Shown here: positions 55,277-64,000 of the stretch, piece by piece
How positions within the stretch are numbered: the first letter of the stretch is position 1
Layout of the letters: each line of letters begins with the position of its first letter
Source: Porphyridium purpureum
Lineage: Eukaryota
Length of the DNA: 64,000 nt
Reading direction: 5' to 3'
NCBI GenBank assembly: GCA_008690995.1
Contig: VRMN01000012.1
Span: forward strand, 248,001-312,000
Made by a program: the position numbers and the translations under genes
The notes under the pieces: generated by a model
Told to the model about the DNA's origin: nothing
The model's database searches: none
Seen by the model: the letters and a program-made list of their open reading frames with translations, nothing else

Positions 55277-56350
55277 TTAGACCGAGTCCACGGCCGGAAA
55301 CCCCATCCATGTTTCATTGAGGACTGCCGCCAAGAAGCACACGCGGCCACCGCGGCCGTTGAAAAGCGAGTGTGGATCATCCAGGCCCAGCCGAGGCGCG
55401 TCATCTACAATGGCTCTCGCGAAGTGTCGGACGCGTTCCTCATCACTCGGCGTGCCCCACGGAGACCGTGCCAAGGATAACAAGGCCCATCCGTTGCCCG
55501 CCGCGCCGTGACACAAGCCGACGCCCTTTGCTCGGCAGAACGGATCACTTGCAGCCACGTGGTCTGCGGCGAGACGAGCGGCCTGCAGCCACCGCTGTGG
55601 GGATGCTGATGACTCGCTGCCACTGAACAACTGCGCCGCGCGGCACGCACGCATCAGACACAACAGCGCGCCTGGGCTTCCATGGCACCACTGCGTGAGG
55701 CGCACCGAGCCGTCTGGTCTTGACGGAAATGCGCCATGGTGTGCGAGAACCAGGTCGGCAATGCGGTCTATCATGGAGTGCACAGCCTCCGGTGGCCGCA
55801 CGTCGAGTACTTCGTCGTAAGTCGCAATCAGTGAGTGTGCGATGCCGCACAAGCCATGCGCTGCGCCAAGATACGTCTTTCCGTGCCATGAATATTCTGG
55901 GCCAGCTGCCAAAAGTTCGGCTGCAAGCCGTGAAATAAGCGACTTTGGCGTAGATGGTGCCAGACGAAGAGCGTCCAGCGTTCCAGCGCGTCCATACAAT
56001 GTCTCATTCGCATCAAACGTGTTTGGCACCACGAGCTCAGCCGGCGCGCCCGTCATCGCTTCATTCACCACGCGGGCACCGGCAGGACCACATATCATGG
56101 TTCCTGAGCCAGTCCGCCATCTCGACCTGGACGTCGTCGCCCAAGATGCCAGGGAACATGCCTCTGCAGCACGACACCGAGCAGCGTCAGCGTCTCCGCC
56201 ACGCATCAGCGCAATTGCATCGCCTGCAGCACCAGTATACACCGAGAAGTCGGTTCTTCCGCCAGGCTGACTCACAGCATACGTGCGCGCGCGGATGACG
56301 GCCATGTCGGCCGCGAGCGTCGTGCGCGTCGCCGGCGAAAGCGGAGCCAT
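55277..56350 (-). CDS. Lanthionine synthetase C-like protein (LanCL/GCR2-like)
   Basis: SVYTGAAG, ETLYGRAG, WHGKTYLGAAHGLCGI, QWCHGSPG, GLCHGAAGN, SLFNGRGG. Zn-ligand Cys/Cys/His retained. ATG at 56350. Confidence 0.9.
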   Translation of the reverse strand: MAPLSPATRTTLAADMAVIRARTYAVSQPGGRTDFSVYTGAAGDAIALMRGGDADAARCRAAEACSLASWATTSRSRWRTGSGTMICGPAGARVVNEAMTGAPAELVVPNTFDANETLYGRAGTLDALRLAPSTPKSLISRLAAELLAAGPEYSWHGKTYLGAAHGLCGIAHSLIATYDEVLDVRPPEAVHSMIDRIADLVLAHHGAFPSRPDGSVRLTQWCHGSPGALLCLMRACRAAQLFSGSESSASPQRWLQAARLAADHVAASDPFCRAKGVGLCHGAAGNGWALLSLARSPWGTPSDEERVRHFARAIVDDAPRLGLDDPHSLFNGRGGRVCFLAAVLNETWMGFPAVDSV

Positions 56351-56803
56351 GGCTGGCTCGCGGAACACGCCTTGCCGCCTCGCCCACTCGCGCGAACCGC
56401 AACAAGAAGAGCCGCATCAAATGCCGCATTCTTATGCAATGACACATTCCACTAGAATGCCACATGACAATGTAATGCAGTATTCAATTGTAATGCGACA
56501 TGTGTATGTAATGCGGCATTTGGGGCATGGCGTTCGAAGCGCGTGCGGCTTGTGGATGGCACCAGCAGCACCACCAGCAGCAGCAGCAGCAGCAGTGAGA
56601 GCTGAGCTGTGTCGACATGGAGAGATGCGCTGATGCGTTGCTCCTAGATAATGCCACGCGACCGAGACGTTCTGCTCTGAATGTGCTACAATGTCCGTAT
56701 CCGGTTTAGTGTTAGGTGTCTACAGTCGAGCGAGAGTTCAAAAGGCGTCACGGCGCTGCGATGTGCCGGCAGAAGAACGAAAGATGCCATTGAGCGGCAC
56801 GTC

Positions 56804-58210
56804 TCAAAGTTTGAAGCTTGAGAAACGCTTCCAGAGAGTGGAAGACATTGCTCTTGCTGGCTGCGTTTCAAGCGATTCGACAGCTGGGCGGAGCAGGCGA
56901 CCGGAGCTTGCCAAACTTAGACGAGTCTGCACTGCAGGCAGAAATGATAGCAAGTTTGTTGCGACACCCATGACGCTTCGACCTGCCAGACGGCTTCGAC
57001 ACAAGGTTTTGAACGCGCCGAGGTGTGCAGAAATGCGCGATGTCCGCGCGCCGAGAGCGAGTATCTTTGTATTGAACGCTTTCGGTTGCCACACGCTGGA
57101 AGGCTGTGCCAGAAATTTGCTGGTCTCGGTCATCGGTCGTGCGTCTGCGCCAACAAGTTTGTCAGAATCACCGAGTCCAGAGACCTGGTCAAAGAAGCGA
57201 GACGCAGGGCCGCGGTTTGGTTCTGTGTCTCTGATCCCGGCAATATCAGACCCGTCGCCTGGGTCAGAGTCATTCAGGTCACTGATATCCCAAAGCTTAA
57301 CGGTCTCATCATAGCTACCGGACGCCAACGTTTTTCCATCTGGCGAGAAAGCGAGGCAGTGAACGTAGGCTGTATGACCCTCTAGCACGCGCACGCAATT
57401 GCCCGAGCGGGTCTCCCACAATCGAATGGTGTGATCGTAGCTCCCGGAGGCAATGTATTCGCCGCGCGGCGAAAAAGCCACAGCCCGTACCGCTTTTCTG
57501 TGCCCGACCATCGAACGCACGATCTCACCAGTCTCCATACTCCACAAGTTGACTCGCTTGTCGTGGCTGCCCGACACCACATACTTGCCACACGGCGAAA
57601 ACTTGACCGAGAACACCAAGCTTGTGTGTCGCTTAAAGGCGTGCACACAGTCGCCGGAAATGGGTTCCCATAATCCGATCGTCGCGTCGTGGCAGCCGGC
57701 TAAAATATAACGCCCATCCGGGGAGTAATCTACCGAACTTATCCAGCCAACATGCCCGACCATTGTGCGCACATATTCGCCCGTGCGTGGGTTCCACACT
57801 CTAATGGTCCACATGCGGTCCCCCGCGGCGAGATAGTTGCCATCTTTCGAAAAGGACACGGACGCCACGCCGGCCTTGTGCCCCTGCTTCCCCTTTTCTG
57901 AGCGGCTCGAGTACGGCGGCGTCGCGTGCTCGCACATCCCTGTGCGCACGTTCCACAGACGAATCGTGTGGTCATTACTGCCAGACGCCAACAGCTCTCC
58001 ATCTGGCGAATGCTGAATCGTCAACACCAAGCACTTGTGCCCTCTGAGCGTTCGCATGCAATGCCCTTTCCGCGGATCCCACAGCTTGATCGTGCCGTCG
58101 TCGCTGCACGACGCGAGATGCCGTCCGTCTGGCGCAAAGTCCACTCCAGATACCCAATCGCTATGACCAGGCAGTGTCAGCGCGTCGTTCTGCTTGGGTA
58201 TTGCGTCCAT
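56804..58210 (-). CDS. WD40-repeat protein (7 blades) with an uncharacterised C-terminal tail
   Basis: Seven GH...F(S/A)P(D/C/R)G...WD repeats ending in LWDISDL. Confidence 0.85.
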   Translation of the reverse strand: MDAIPKQNDALTLPGHSDWVSGVDFAPDGRHLASCSDDGTIKLWDPRKGHCMRTLRGHKCLVLTIQHSPDGELLASGSNDHTIRLWNVRTGMCEHATPPYSSRSEKGKQGHKAGVASVSFSKDGNYLAAGDRMWTIRVWNPRTGEYVRTMVGHVGWISSVDYSPDGRYILAGCHDATIGLWEPISGDCVHAFKRHTSLVFSVKFSPCGKYVVSGSHDKRVNLWSMETGEIVRSMVGHRKAVRAVAFSPRGEYIASGSYDHTIRLWETRSGNCVRVLEGHTAYVHCLAFSPDGKTLASGSYDETVKLWDISDLNDSDPGDGSDIAGIRDTEPNRGPASRFFDQVSGLGDSDKLVGADARPMTETSKFLAQPSSVWQPKAFNTKILALGARTSRISAHLGAFKTLCRSRLAGRSVMGVATNLLSFLPAVQTRLSLASSGRLLRPAVESLETQPARAMSSTLWKRFSSFKL

Positions 58211-58548
58211 CACGACCTATCCCACTGCGCTCCAAAGACTTTCTCTCTGTCTCTCTTTGTTGTTCTCCCTCTCCAACTCTGCGACGAACAGACCGAAAAA
58301 GCTCCCGAGTCATGAACATAGTAAAACGAGTGCATTTACATAGACAATTCAACCCTCCGTAATAACCCGTCGAATTCCCATAAAGCCGCAGAACGCGAGG
58401 GAGCAACGAGCGGAGAGCACGGTGTATGTGACATGACAACTTGGATTGAATGCGATGTATCTGCCTCTCTCTCTTTCTCTCTCTCACTGTGTGTGTGTGT
58501 GTGTCTTGCCGACGTATGTCACTAGGTTTGTGATAAGCAGAAGCGGGA

Positions 58549-60480
58549 TTATAAGCTTGGGTTCCAGATCCACGACGGATGGTCTGTGGACGCCCGGCCT
58601 TTTCGTGGTTCCATGTGGTGGGCGAAGAGCGATGGAAGCACTGTAAAAAGGCCTGCTACGATGCCGCTGTACGGGACTCGGGTTGACGCAAAATGCGGAC
58701 GGTAGGGATGCAGCAGTTTGGAGAGGCTGCCGGGCTCTGGCGAACGCACGCTGGAACGGTATTGGGTATTGGAAGTCGAAAACATACCATGCGCCCGTCT
58801 GGTGGCGTATGCTTTCAACGTCGTCGCGTATCTTCCGACCGCGAAAGCGACTGAAGGTTGAGGGCATGTGTGCATGGCATACGGTACGCGCATACGGAGC
58901 TCTTTGCTGATGTCGCCGAAACGTGAAAAGAGAGCGCAGAAGCGAAGCATGCTGCCGCTTGGCAAGGCGTCGCTGCCAGCGCCGTCGCGATCATTGCCAG
59001 AGGAATCACGCTCAGGGTCAGCTTTGTCGCTGTCCCTCCCAGTGCTGACATCCTCGAAATCATACGCGTCGCTGTCGGTGCCAGCACTGTCATTATCGTC
59101 ACCGTGCGCGTCGCTGTCGCTGCCAGTGATATCATTTTCGGAATCATACGCGTCGCTGTCGCTGCCAGTGATATCATTCTCGTAATCATACGCGTCGCTG
59201 TCGCTGTCAGTGATATCATTGTCATTAGCATGCGCATCGCTGTCACTGAGTGCGGAATCATTCATTTTTTCGGTGCGACGACCTCCATCTTCTGAAGGGT
59301 ATTCAGTGTCATCCCACGAAAGATCACCCCCTTGCCAGGGGTCTTCTCCGTCACTGTCCAGGACATCCTTACCCAAAATATCGCGATCCGTGCCGTAGCC
59401 ATCGTCGTCATCGCTCTTGCTCCCAGATTCGGTGAGTCTGGCGCTAGCAGGTTTCGGAGGAAGCGGCTTTGGCTCGTCAAATTTGACGCGCTTCAAATCC
59501 CACACCTTAACCGTGTTGTCGCGGCTGCCGGAGGCAAGATACTTTCTGTCTTTCGAGAAGCGCAGCGACCGAACGCGCGCAGTGTGCCCTACGAACGTGT
59601 GCAAATGGACGCCTGTCGCCACATCCCATACGCGCACCGTCGTGTCATCACTGCCAGACGCAATATACTTACCATCGGGCGAAAAAGTCATGGAATACAC
59701 CCAGCCCGGACAGTTCAACAGGGTGCGCACACACTCGCCCGTTTGCACATCCCACAACCTCACCACGTCATCGCTGCTGCCAGAGGCGAGCAGCCGTCCA
59801 TCAGGCGAATACTCGAGCGCGAGTATGATGCCGTCGAGCTCTGGAAACGTGCGCACGCACGCACCTGTGCGCACATCCCACACCTTGACAGTTCCGTCAC
59901 CGCTTCCGGACGCGACAAACTTTCCACAGGGAGAGAACTGAACAATTAATACCACGCATGCATGCCCCTTCAATGCGTGCATGCACGCGCCAGTGCGCGC
60001 GTCCCACAACCGAAGCACACGATCGTCACTGCCAGACGCCAATATGTGCCCGTCGGGCGAGAAGTTCACCCAGTTCACGTACTGTCGATGTCCGATAAAT
60101 GTGCGCATACATTCGCCACTGCGCGTGCGCGAGTCCCACAGTCTCACGTTCGTGTCGGAGCTGCCGGATGCGAGCATGCTTCCGTCCGCCGAGAAGTGCA
60201 CTTTTTCATAAAACCCGACGTTGCCCTTCCACGGCAGCGTTTTTGGATCGGTCGGTTCTTCCTGCCACGGCGGCGGTGTCGCATCTTTGCCGCTATCTTT
60301 TGCCATCTTCTCCAGCAATTCGACCGTTCGCACGCACACGCCCGTGCGCACGTCCCAGATCTTCATGCTCTGGTCTGAGCTCGCAGACGCCATGTACAAG
60401 CCATCGCGCGCAAACTGCACGGCCGTCACTTCGCCCTTGTGGCCCAGCAGCGTCAACGGCGCATACGCGAAATCAGACAT
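58549..60480 (-). CDS. WD40-repeat protein (7 blades) with an acidic Asp/Ser repeat tail
   Basis: ATG 60480 (MSDFAY). WD40 repeats, then 14-aa repeats (DSDSDAYDYENDIT-like) at about 59050-59250. The true 3' end is uncertain. Confidence 0.82.
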   Translation of the reverse strand: MSDFAYAPLTLLGHKGEVTAVQFARDGLYMASASSDQSMKIWDVRTGVCVRTVELLEKMAKDSGKDATPPPWQEEPTDPKTLPWKGNVGFYEKVHFSADGSMLASGSSDTNVRLWDSRTRSGECMRTFIGHRQYVNWVNFSPDGHILASGSDDRVLRLWDARTGACMHALKGHACVVLIVQFSPCGKFVASGSGDGTVKVWDVRTGACVRTFPELDGIILALEYSPDGRLLASGSSDDVVRLWDVQTGECVRTLLNCPGWVYSMTFSPDGKYIASGSDDTTVRVWDVATGVHLHTFVGHTARVRSLRFSKDRKYLASGSRDNTVKVWDLKRVKFDEPKPLPPKPASARLTESGSKSDDDDGYGTDRDILGKDVLDSDGEDPWQGGDLSWDDTEYPSEDGGRRTEKMNDSALSDSDAHANDNDITDSDSDAYDYENDITGSDSDAYDSENDITGSDSDAHGDDNDSAGTDSDAYDFEDVSTGRDSDKADPERDSSGNDRDGAGSDALPSGSMLRFCALFSRFGDISKELRMRVPYAMHTCPQPSVAFAVGRYATTLKAYATRRAHGMFSTSNTQYRSSVRSPEPGSLSKLLHPYRPHFASTRVPYSGIVAGLFTVLPSLFAHHMEPRKGRASTDHPSWIWNPSL

Positions 60481-62024
60481 CGCTATGCCCTGTCTGCCGC
60501 TGCCCCTTGGCTGCTGCGTTCGCTCAGACTTCCAGCGCTGCCACTCAAGAGGACGGTCTCGCACGCGCGTGTCCAGCGTCGAGAACGTCACCGATGAGAC
60601 ACAGGTTTAGTTGACCATGTGACCTTGACGGGTTGGCGCCGATGCGTCACAGGTATTGTGGACGCGCCAATGGTGCGCGAGTGGCGCGAAAATAAGTCCG
60701 CTCAGCATATTTAAAGGTCGCGGGATCATGGCATCGATGCGTCTAGCTCGGTGGACGCCCATGTGAGTGTCGTGCATGGGCAGAAAGTGTCCTCATCAAC
60801 GTTTCCTGCACTTTGCAGAAGAGCGTCGTGTCTTGGAAGGTGAGTGCGTACCTGGACCAGATCGAAATAGGCCCATCCAAGAAGGACGCCGACATTTCAG
60901 TCGCGCATGCCGTGTTACCCCTCTCGAGCTCGGTCGCAATGGCTCTGCCGTGCATCCGGCTAAACAGCAGAAAAGACGTTCTTCGTCATGTGAGAGAATC
61001 GCTTGTGTCTTCTGAAAATACCATTGGGGCATGAGAAGGCTCCTTGGTGAGCTATTCCTGCCACGTCCAGTGAGCAGCCCTGAGGCAGCGGGGGCGTGAC
61101 CTGAGAATTCGAGTCTTCGTGCGAAGGACCGTCTTTAACAAAGAACGAAATCGCCTTCCAGACGCTTGTCAAGGTCACTTCCGCGGTGGCCTTCATCAGC
61201 AGTCTGTGCGCGCCGTCCAAAAAGATCATGAAACAATCTGTAAAACACAGATTTGGGATGGTTCTTGTGACGGTTGGTAATCATCTTTTTCGTCAATTTC
61301 TGAATCGAGCACCGACAGAATCTAACATTTCGGCTTCGATTTGTATCCCGACGAGCCTACCGCAATGGCAACCAGGAAAATGCCAATCAAACCTAACGCG
61401 GTGTATGGTTCATGGCGTCGCTGTTTGACCGCCTACAATATCTGACGATGGGCACCATCAAGCACTAATTTAAGCGCGTACTCCTGTGCACAGCAATCAC
61501 AGATGCCCTCCTGGAAGTGTGAAAGCTCTGTCACATGACTTTTTTTGCCCGTCGCGCCTCATCCAAAGCGCCCAATCGTGATCTCGTGTGACGAATCGCC
61601 AGGTGTGGATACGATCCGCGCAAGTAACCGCGCGCCTTCAATCCTTCGTAAGGAATGACGGCGTGAAGTCCAGAATCATCCAACCACGTCCTCACCCAAC
61701 AATCGCCTTGTACCCAGACAAATCGACCTCCTCGGCGAGCGAGCGCATACTGCACCCACAAATAATCACCAGCACATTCACTGTGCACGCTGCGGCCTTC
61801 AGCTCTGCAAAACACTCTTCACAAATCCTCATCGCCATTGCTTCGCGTGCGGCCACAATCTCTTTCACCACCACCACCACCACATCCTTTCTCGCCCAGC
61901 TCCACGAGCGCCACTTTCGCATCCTCCTCGTCAACTGTGTACATCGCGCTTTCCCATTGGAACGTCGCAATCGGCACCATCCACATCTACACTAATGAAC
62001 ACTTATCAAACCATACGAAACTGT

Positions 62025-62230
62025 CATCCTGCATCCTGCATCCTGCATCCTGCATTCTACACCCTGCATTCTACACCTTCACACCTTTTCCAAAAGCCAC
62101 ACCGTGCCCCACTCGCACCTGCTCCGCTACCAAACCGCACGCGCCACGGACCCGCAAAATCCGCTCGAAATCCCTTCCGACTAAACGGTCCAATCCAATC
62201 CAATCCGGTTCAGTTCGGTTCGGTTCGGCT
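62025..62230. repeat. Cluster of short tandem repeats (CATCCTG, CATTCTACAC, CAATC, GTTCG)
   Basis: Directly visible. Confidence 0.7.
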
Positions 62231-62909
62231 CATTCTTTCTAAAACTTGAGCACACAGGTATATATATTTTAAATTTCCCGCCAAATTAACTTTGCGAAGT
62301 AGACGACTATAACAGAGAAAATTAGCGAAACCCGAGCATATCGACGGTTACTTAGCGAGACGATCACCTTTCTTAGACTCGAGCGCGCGCGCAGTGCATG
62401 TGCGAGTCGGAAGACGTGATTCTTTGCAAAGTGGTTGAAATTTTTTTTATTTTTTTTTTGACGTCTTGCTCGCTTTCACTGTCCTTGTCGTCCTTCCTCG
62501 TTTTGTCCGGCTCTTCTCGCTGTGTTTCTTTTATTTTGCTCATTCCTACATTTGGCATCACGCTGCATCTCCCTTTCTCTCTCTGTTTCTCTGTTTCTCT
62601 GTCTGTCTGCGTGCGCTGCTGCGCTCGTGCACGCTTCTCCGTCTTCTCCCGCGTCTTCTTCTCACTGTGAGTTGGTGTCCGGTCCTGCTCTCGCCGCGGA
62701 GCAAACGACTTGGCTGTGGCGCCTGGCGCGGTGTGACAGGTGCGAGAGTATGTTTGATGGGTGCTTGAAATGACTTGTGGCGGGAAAACGTGACATGTGG
62801 ACAGCGCTTAGAAAAGTTGTCTGATACAGGAAGCAAAAGTTGGATCATAAACAACGACAAGAAGAAAAGAGTATTGATTCAGGGGGCGGAGCACAGACAG
62901 TTCTCAGCA

Positions 62910-64000
62910 TCAGTCGTCTTTAGGCGTGGAAGAGGCCTTGGAAACCTTGTCGGTGACAGCGTCAGCGACGGTCTCGAAATCGTTCTGCACGGCGCGCTTC
63001 GAATGAACAAATTTCTGCTTCTCGGCACGCTTCTGCTTGGTGTCCAACGTGCCTACAATGATGGTGTTTCTCTCTGGGTCAAACCCATCGAATCGGCCCT
63101 GGCTGAGCCCCTGGCACGCAACCATGGCCTCGACGTGGTTCTGCTCGTCCTTGGCAATGTTGCGGAACACATCGTACAGCGATTCCACATAATCGAGACT
63201 CTCCACTGCTATCGACTTGTCCACCGGCTTGGCCACCTGCCTAAAGTCCGCAAAGTCAAACTTGGGGAACAGTCTGCGCTCGATGGTTTGCGCCTTCGCA
63301 TCGTCCGGGTCATTGTAGTACAGGACCGCACACTCGGGCGGCGGAAGCGCCTTGAGCCTGGCCTCATTCTGCTCGAGAAAGACCGTGTACGTGTCTGTGG
63401 CGTGCGCCTCGAGCAGCTGTGAAAACGCATAGCTCTGCTTTGGCGAGATGAGGAAGAGCACCACAATCGCCCAGTAGTACATGATCGCGAGATGCTCGGC
63501 AAAAAAGCGGTCCTTCCATTTCCGGTTGCCGCCGAGTGATTCCATGACGAGCAGGTGCATGTACTCATTCGCGGCCTCCAAGCTGTGCAGCTGGATCAGC
63601 TTGGCGTCGCGCCACCAGCCGAGCGTCTCGTACAGGTGAAGGATCGACACGTACGAAAAGTATGGCACGCGCGCCACGGTCTCCAGAAACCAAAAGCGCT
63701 GGATGGGTGCGTTGTCGTCAAACCACACGTCCAGCAGCTGGCACAGCACGGTGTACAAGGCCTTGACAGGCGGCCACACTTCCGGAATCTCCTTGAGCAC
63801 ATCCTCGCGGTAGCGCTCGCGCGCGTTCACGTCTTCATTCGATACGGTCAGTTTGAGCATCTGCGGCAGCGAGCCGTCGTCCCGCTTGCCTACCAACGAG
63901 CGCAAGGCCTGGCCAATCTCACCTGCGATGGCTTCGAGCTCGGAAACAAAGTTACGCCCGGCCATCAGCAGCGCATTCTGCGGGTAAAACTGGTACCGCG
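62910..64000 (-). CDS. PTOX: Plastid terminal oxidase (AOX/PTOX di-iron family), possibly 5'-truncated by the window edge
   Basis: RFWFLETVARVPYFSY, NEYMHLLVMESLGG, LEAHATDTY, YDVFRNIAKDEQNH. The frame stays open to the window end. Confidence 0.9.
   Translation of the reverse strand, partial: RYQFYPQNALLMAGRNFVSELEAIAGEIGQALRSLVGKRDDGSLPQMLKLTVSNEDVNARERYREDVLKEIPEVWPPVKALYTVLCQLLDVWFDDNAPIQRFWFLETVARVPYFSYVSILHLYETLGWWRDAKLIQLHSLEAANEYMHLLVMESLGGNRKWKDRFFAEHLAIMYYWAIVVLFLISPKQSYAFSQLLEAHATDTYTVFLEQNEARLKALPPPECAVLYYNDPDDAKAQTIERRLFPKFDFADFRQVAKPVDKSIAVESLDYVESLYDVFRNIAKDEQNHVEAMVACQGLSQGRFDGFDPERNTIIVGTLDTKQKRAEKQKFVHSKRAVQNDFETVADAVTDKVSKASSTPKDD

Noticed and set aside
55277..56350. LanC gene as a lanthipeptide biosynthetic cluster
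   Set aside because: No LanB/LanM dehydratase or precursor peptide is evident, and the motifs fit standalone eukaryotic LanCL.
60740..61980. Protein-like fragments on the minus strand
   Set aside because: Broken frames without a diagnostic motif, so a pseudogene call cannot be supported.

Overview
Eukaryotic, GC-rich, apparently intron-poor nuclear DNA from a photosynthetic organism. PTOX is present and the gene style would fit a unicellular red alga, but the taxon is an inference only. Ordinary genes lie at the edges: an RCC1-repeat protein, two head-to-head double-SnoaL/NTF2-like paralogs and a gamma-glutamyltranspeptidase on the left, and a LanC-like protein, two WD40 proteins and PTOX on the right. 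The centre is an accessory island. (1) At 12.6-37.8 kb, two inverted paralogs with the architecture WD40-EH-NPF-EH-SAM-like bracket a tandem pair of putatively N-acylated proteins that each carry 12 NPF motifs (the canonical EH-domain ligand), plus a coiled-coil protein with a hydrophobic hairpin. Further right are an unusual AAA+ ATPase and an acidic glycine-zipper protein. This looks like a genomically clustered EH/NPF receptor-ligand membrane module. (2) A decayed Ty1/Copia element (40368-46418) has no tRNA-type primer-binding site. Instead a 14-nt sequence abutting the LTR is perfectly complementary to the LTR interior, which is the Tf1-type self-priming geometry. The element also carries a nested solo LTR. 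(3) A Crypton-like tyrosine-recombinase relic and a secreted DUF285/BspA-like repeat protein follow. All domain calls come from motif reading by eye and no searches were run.
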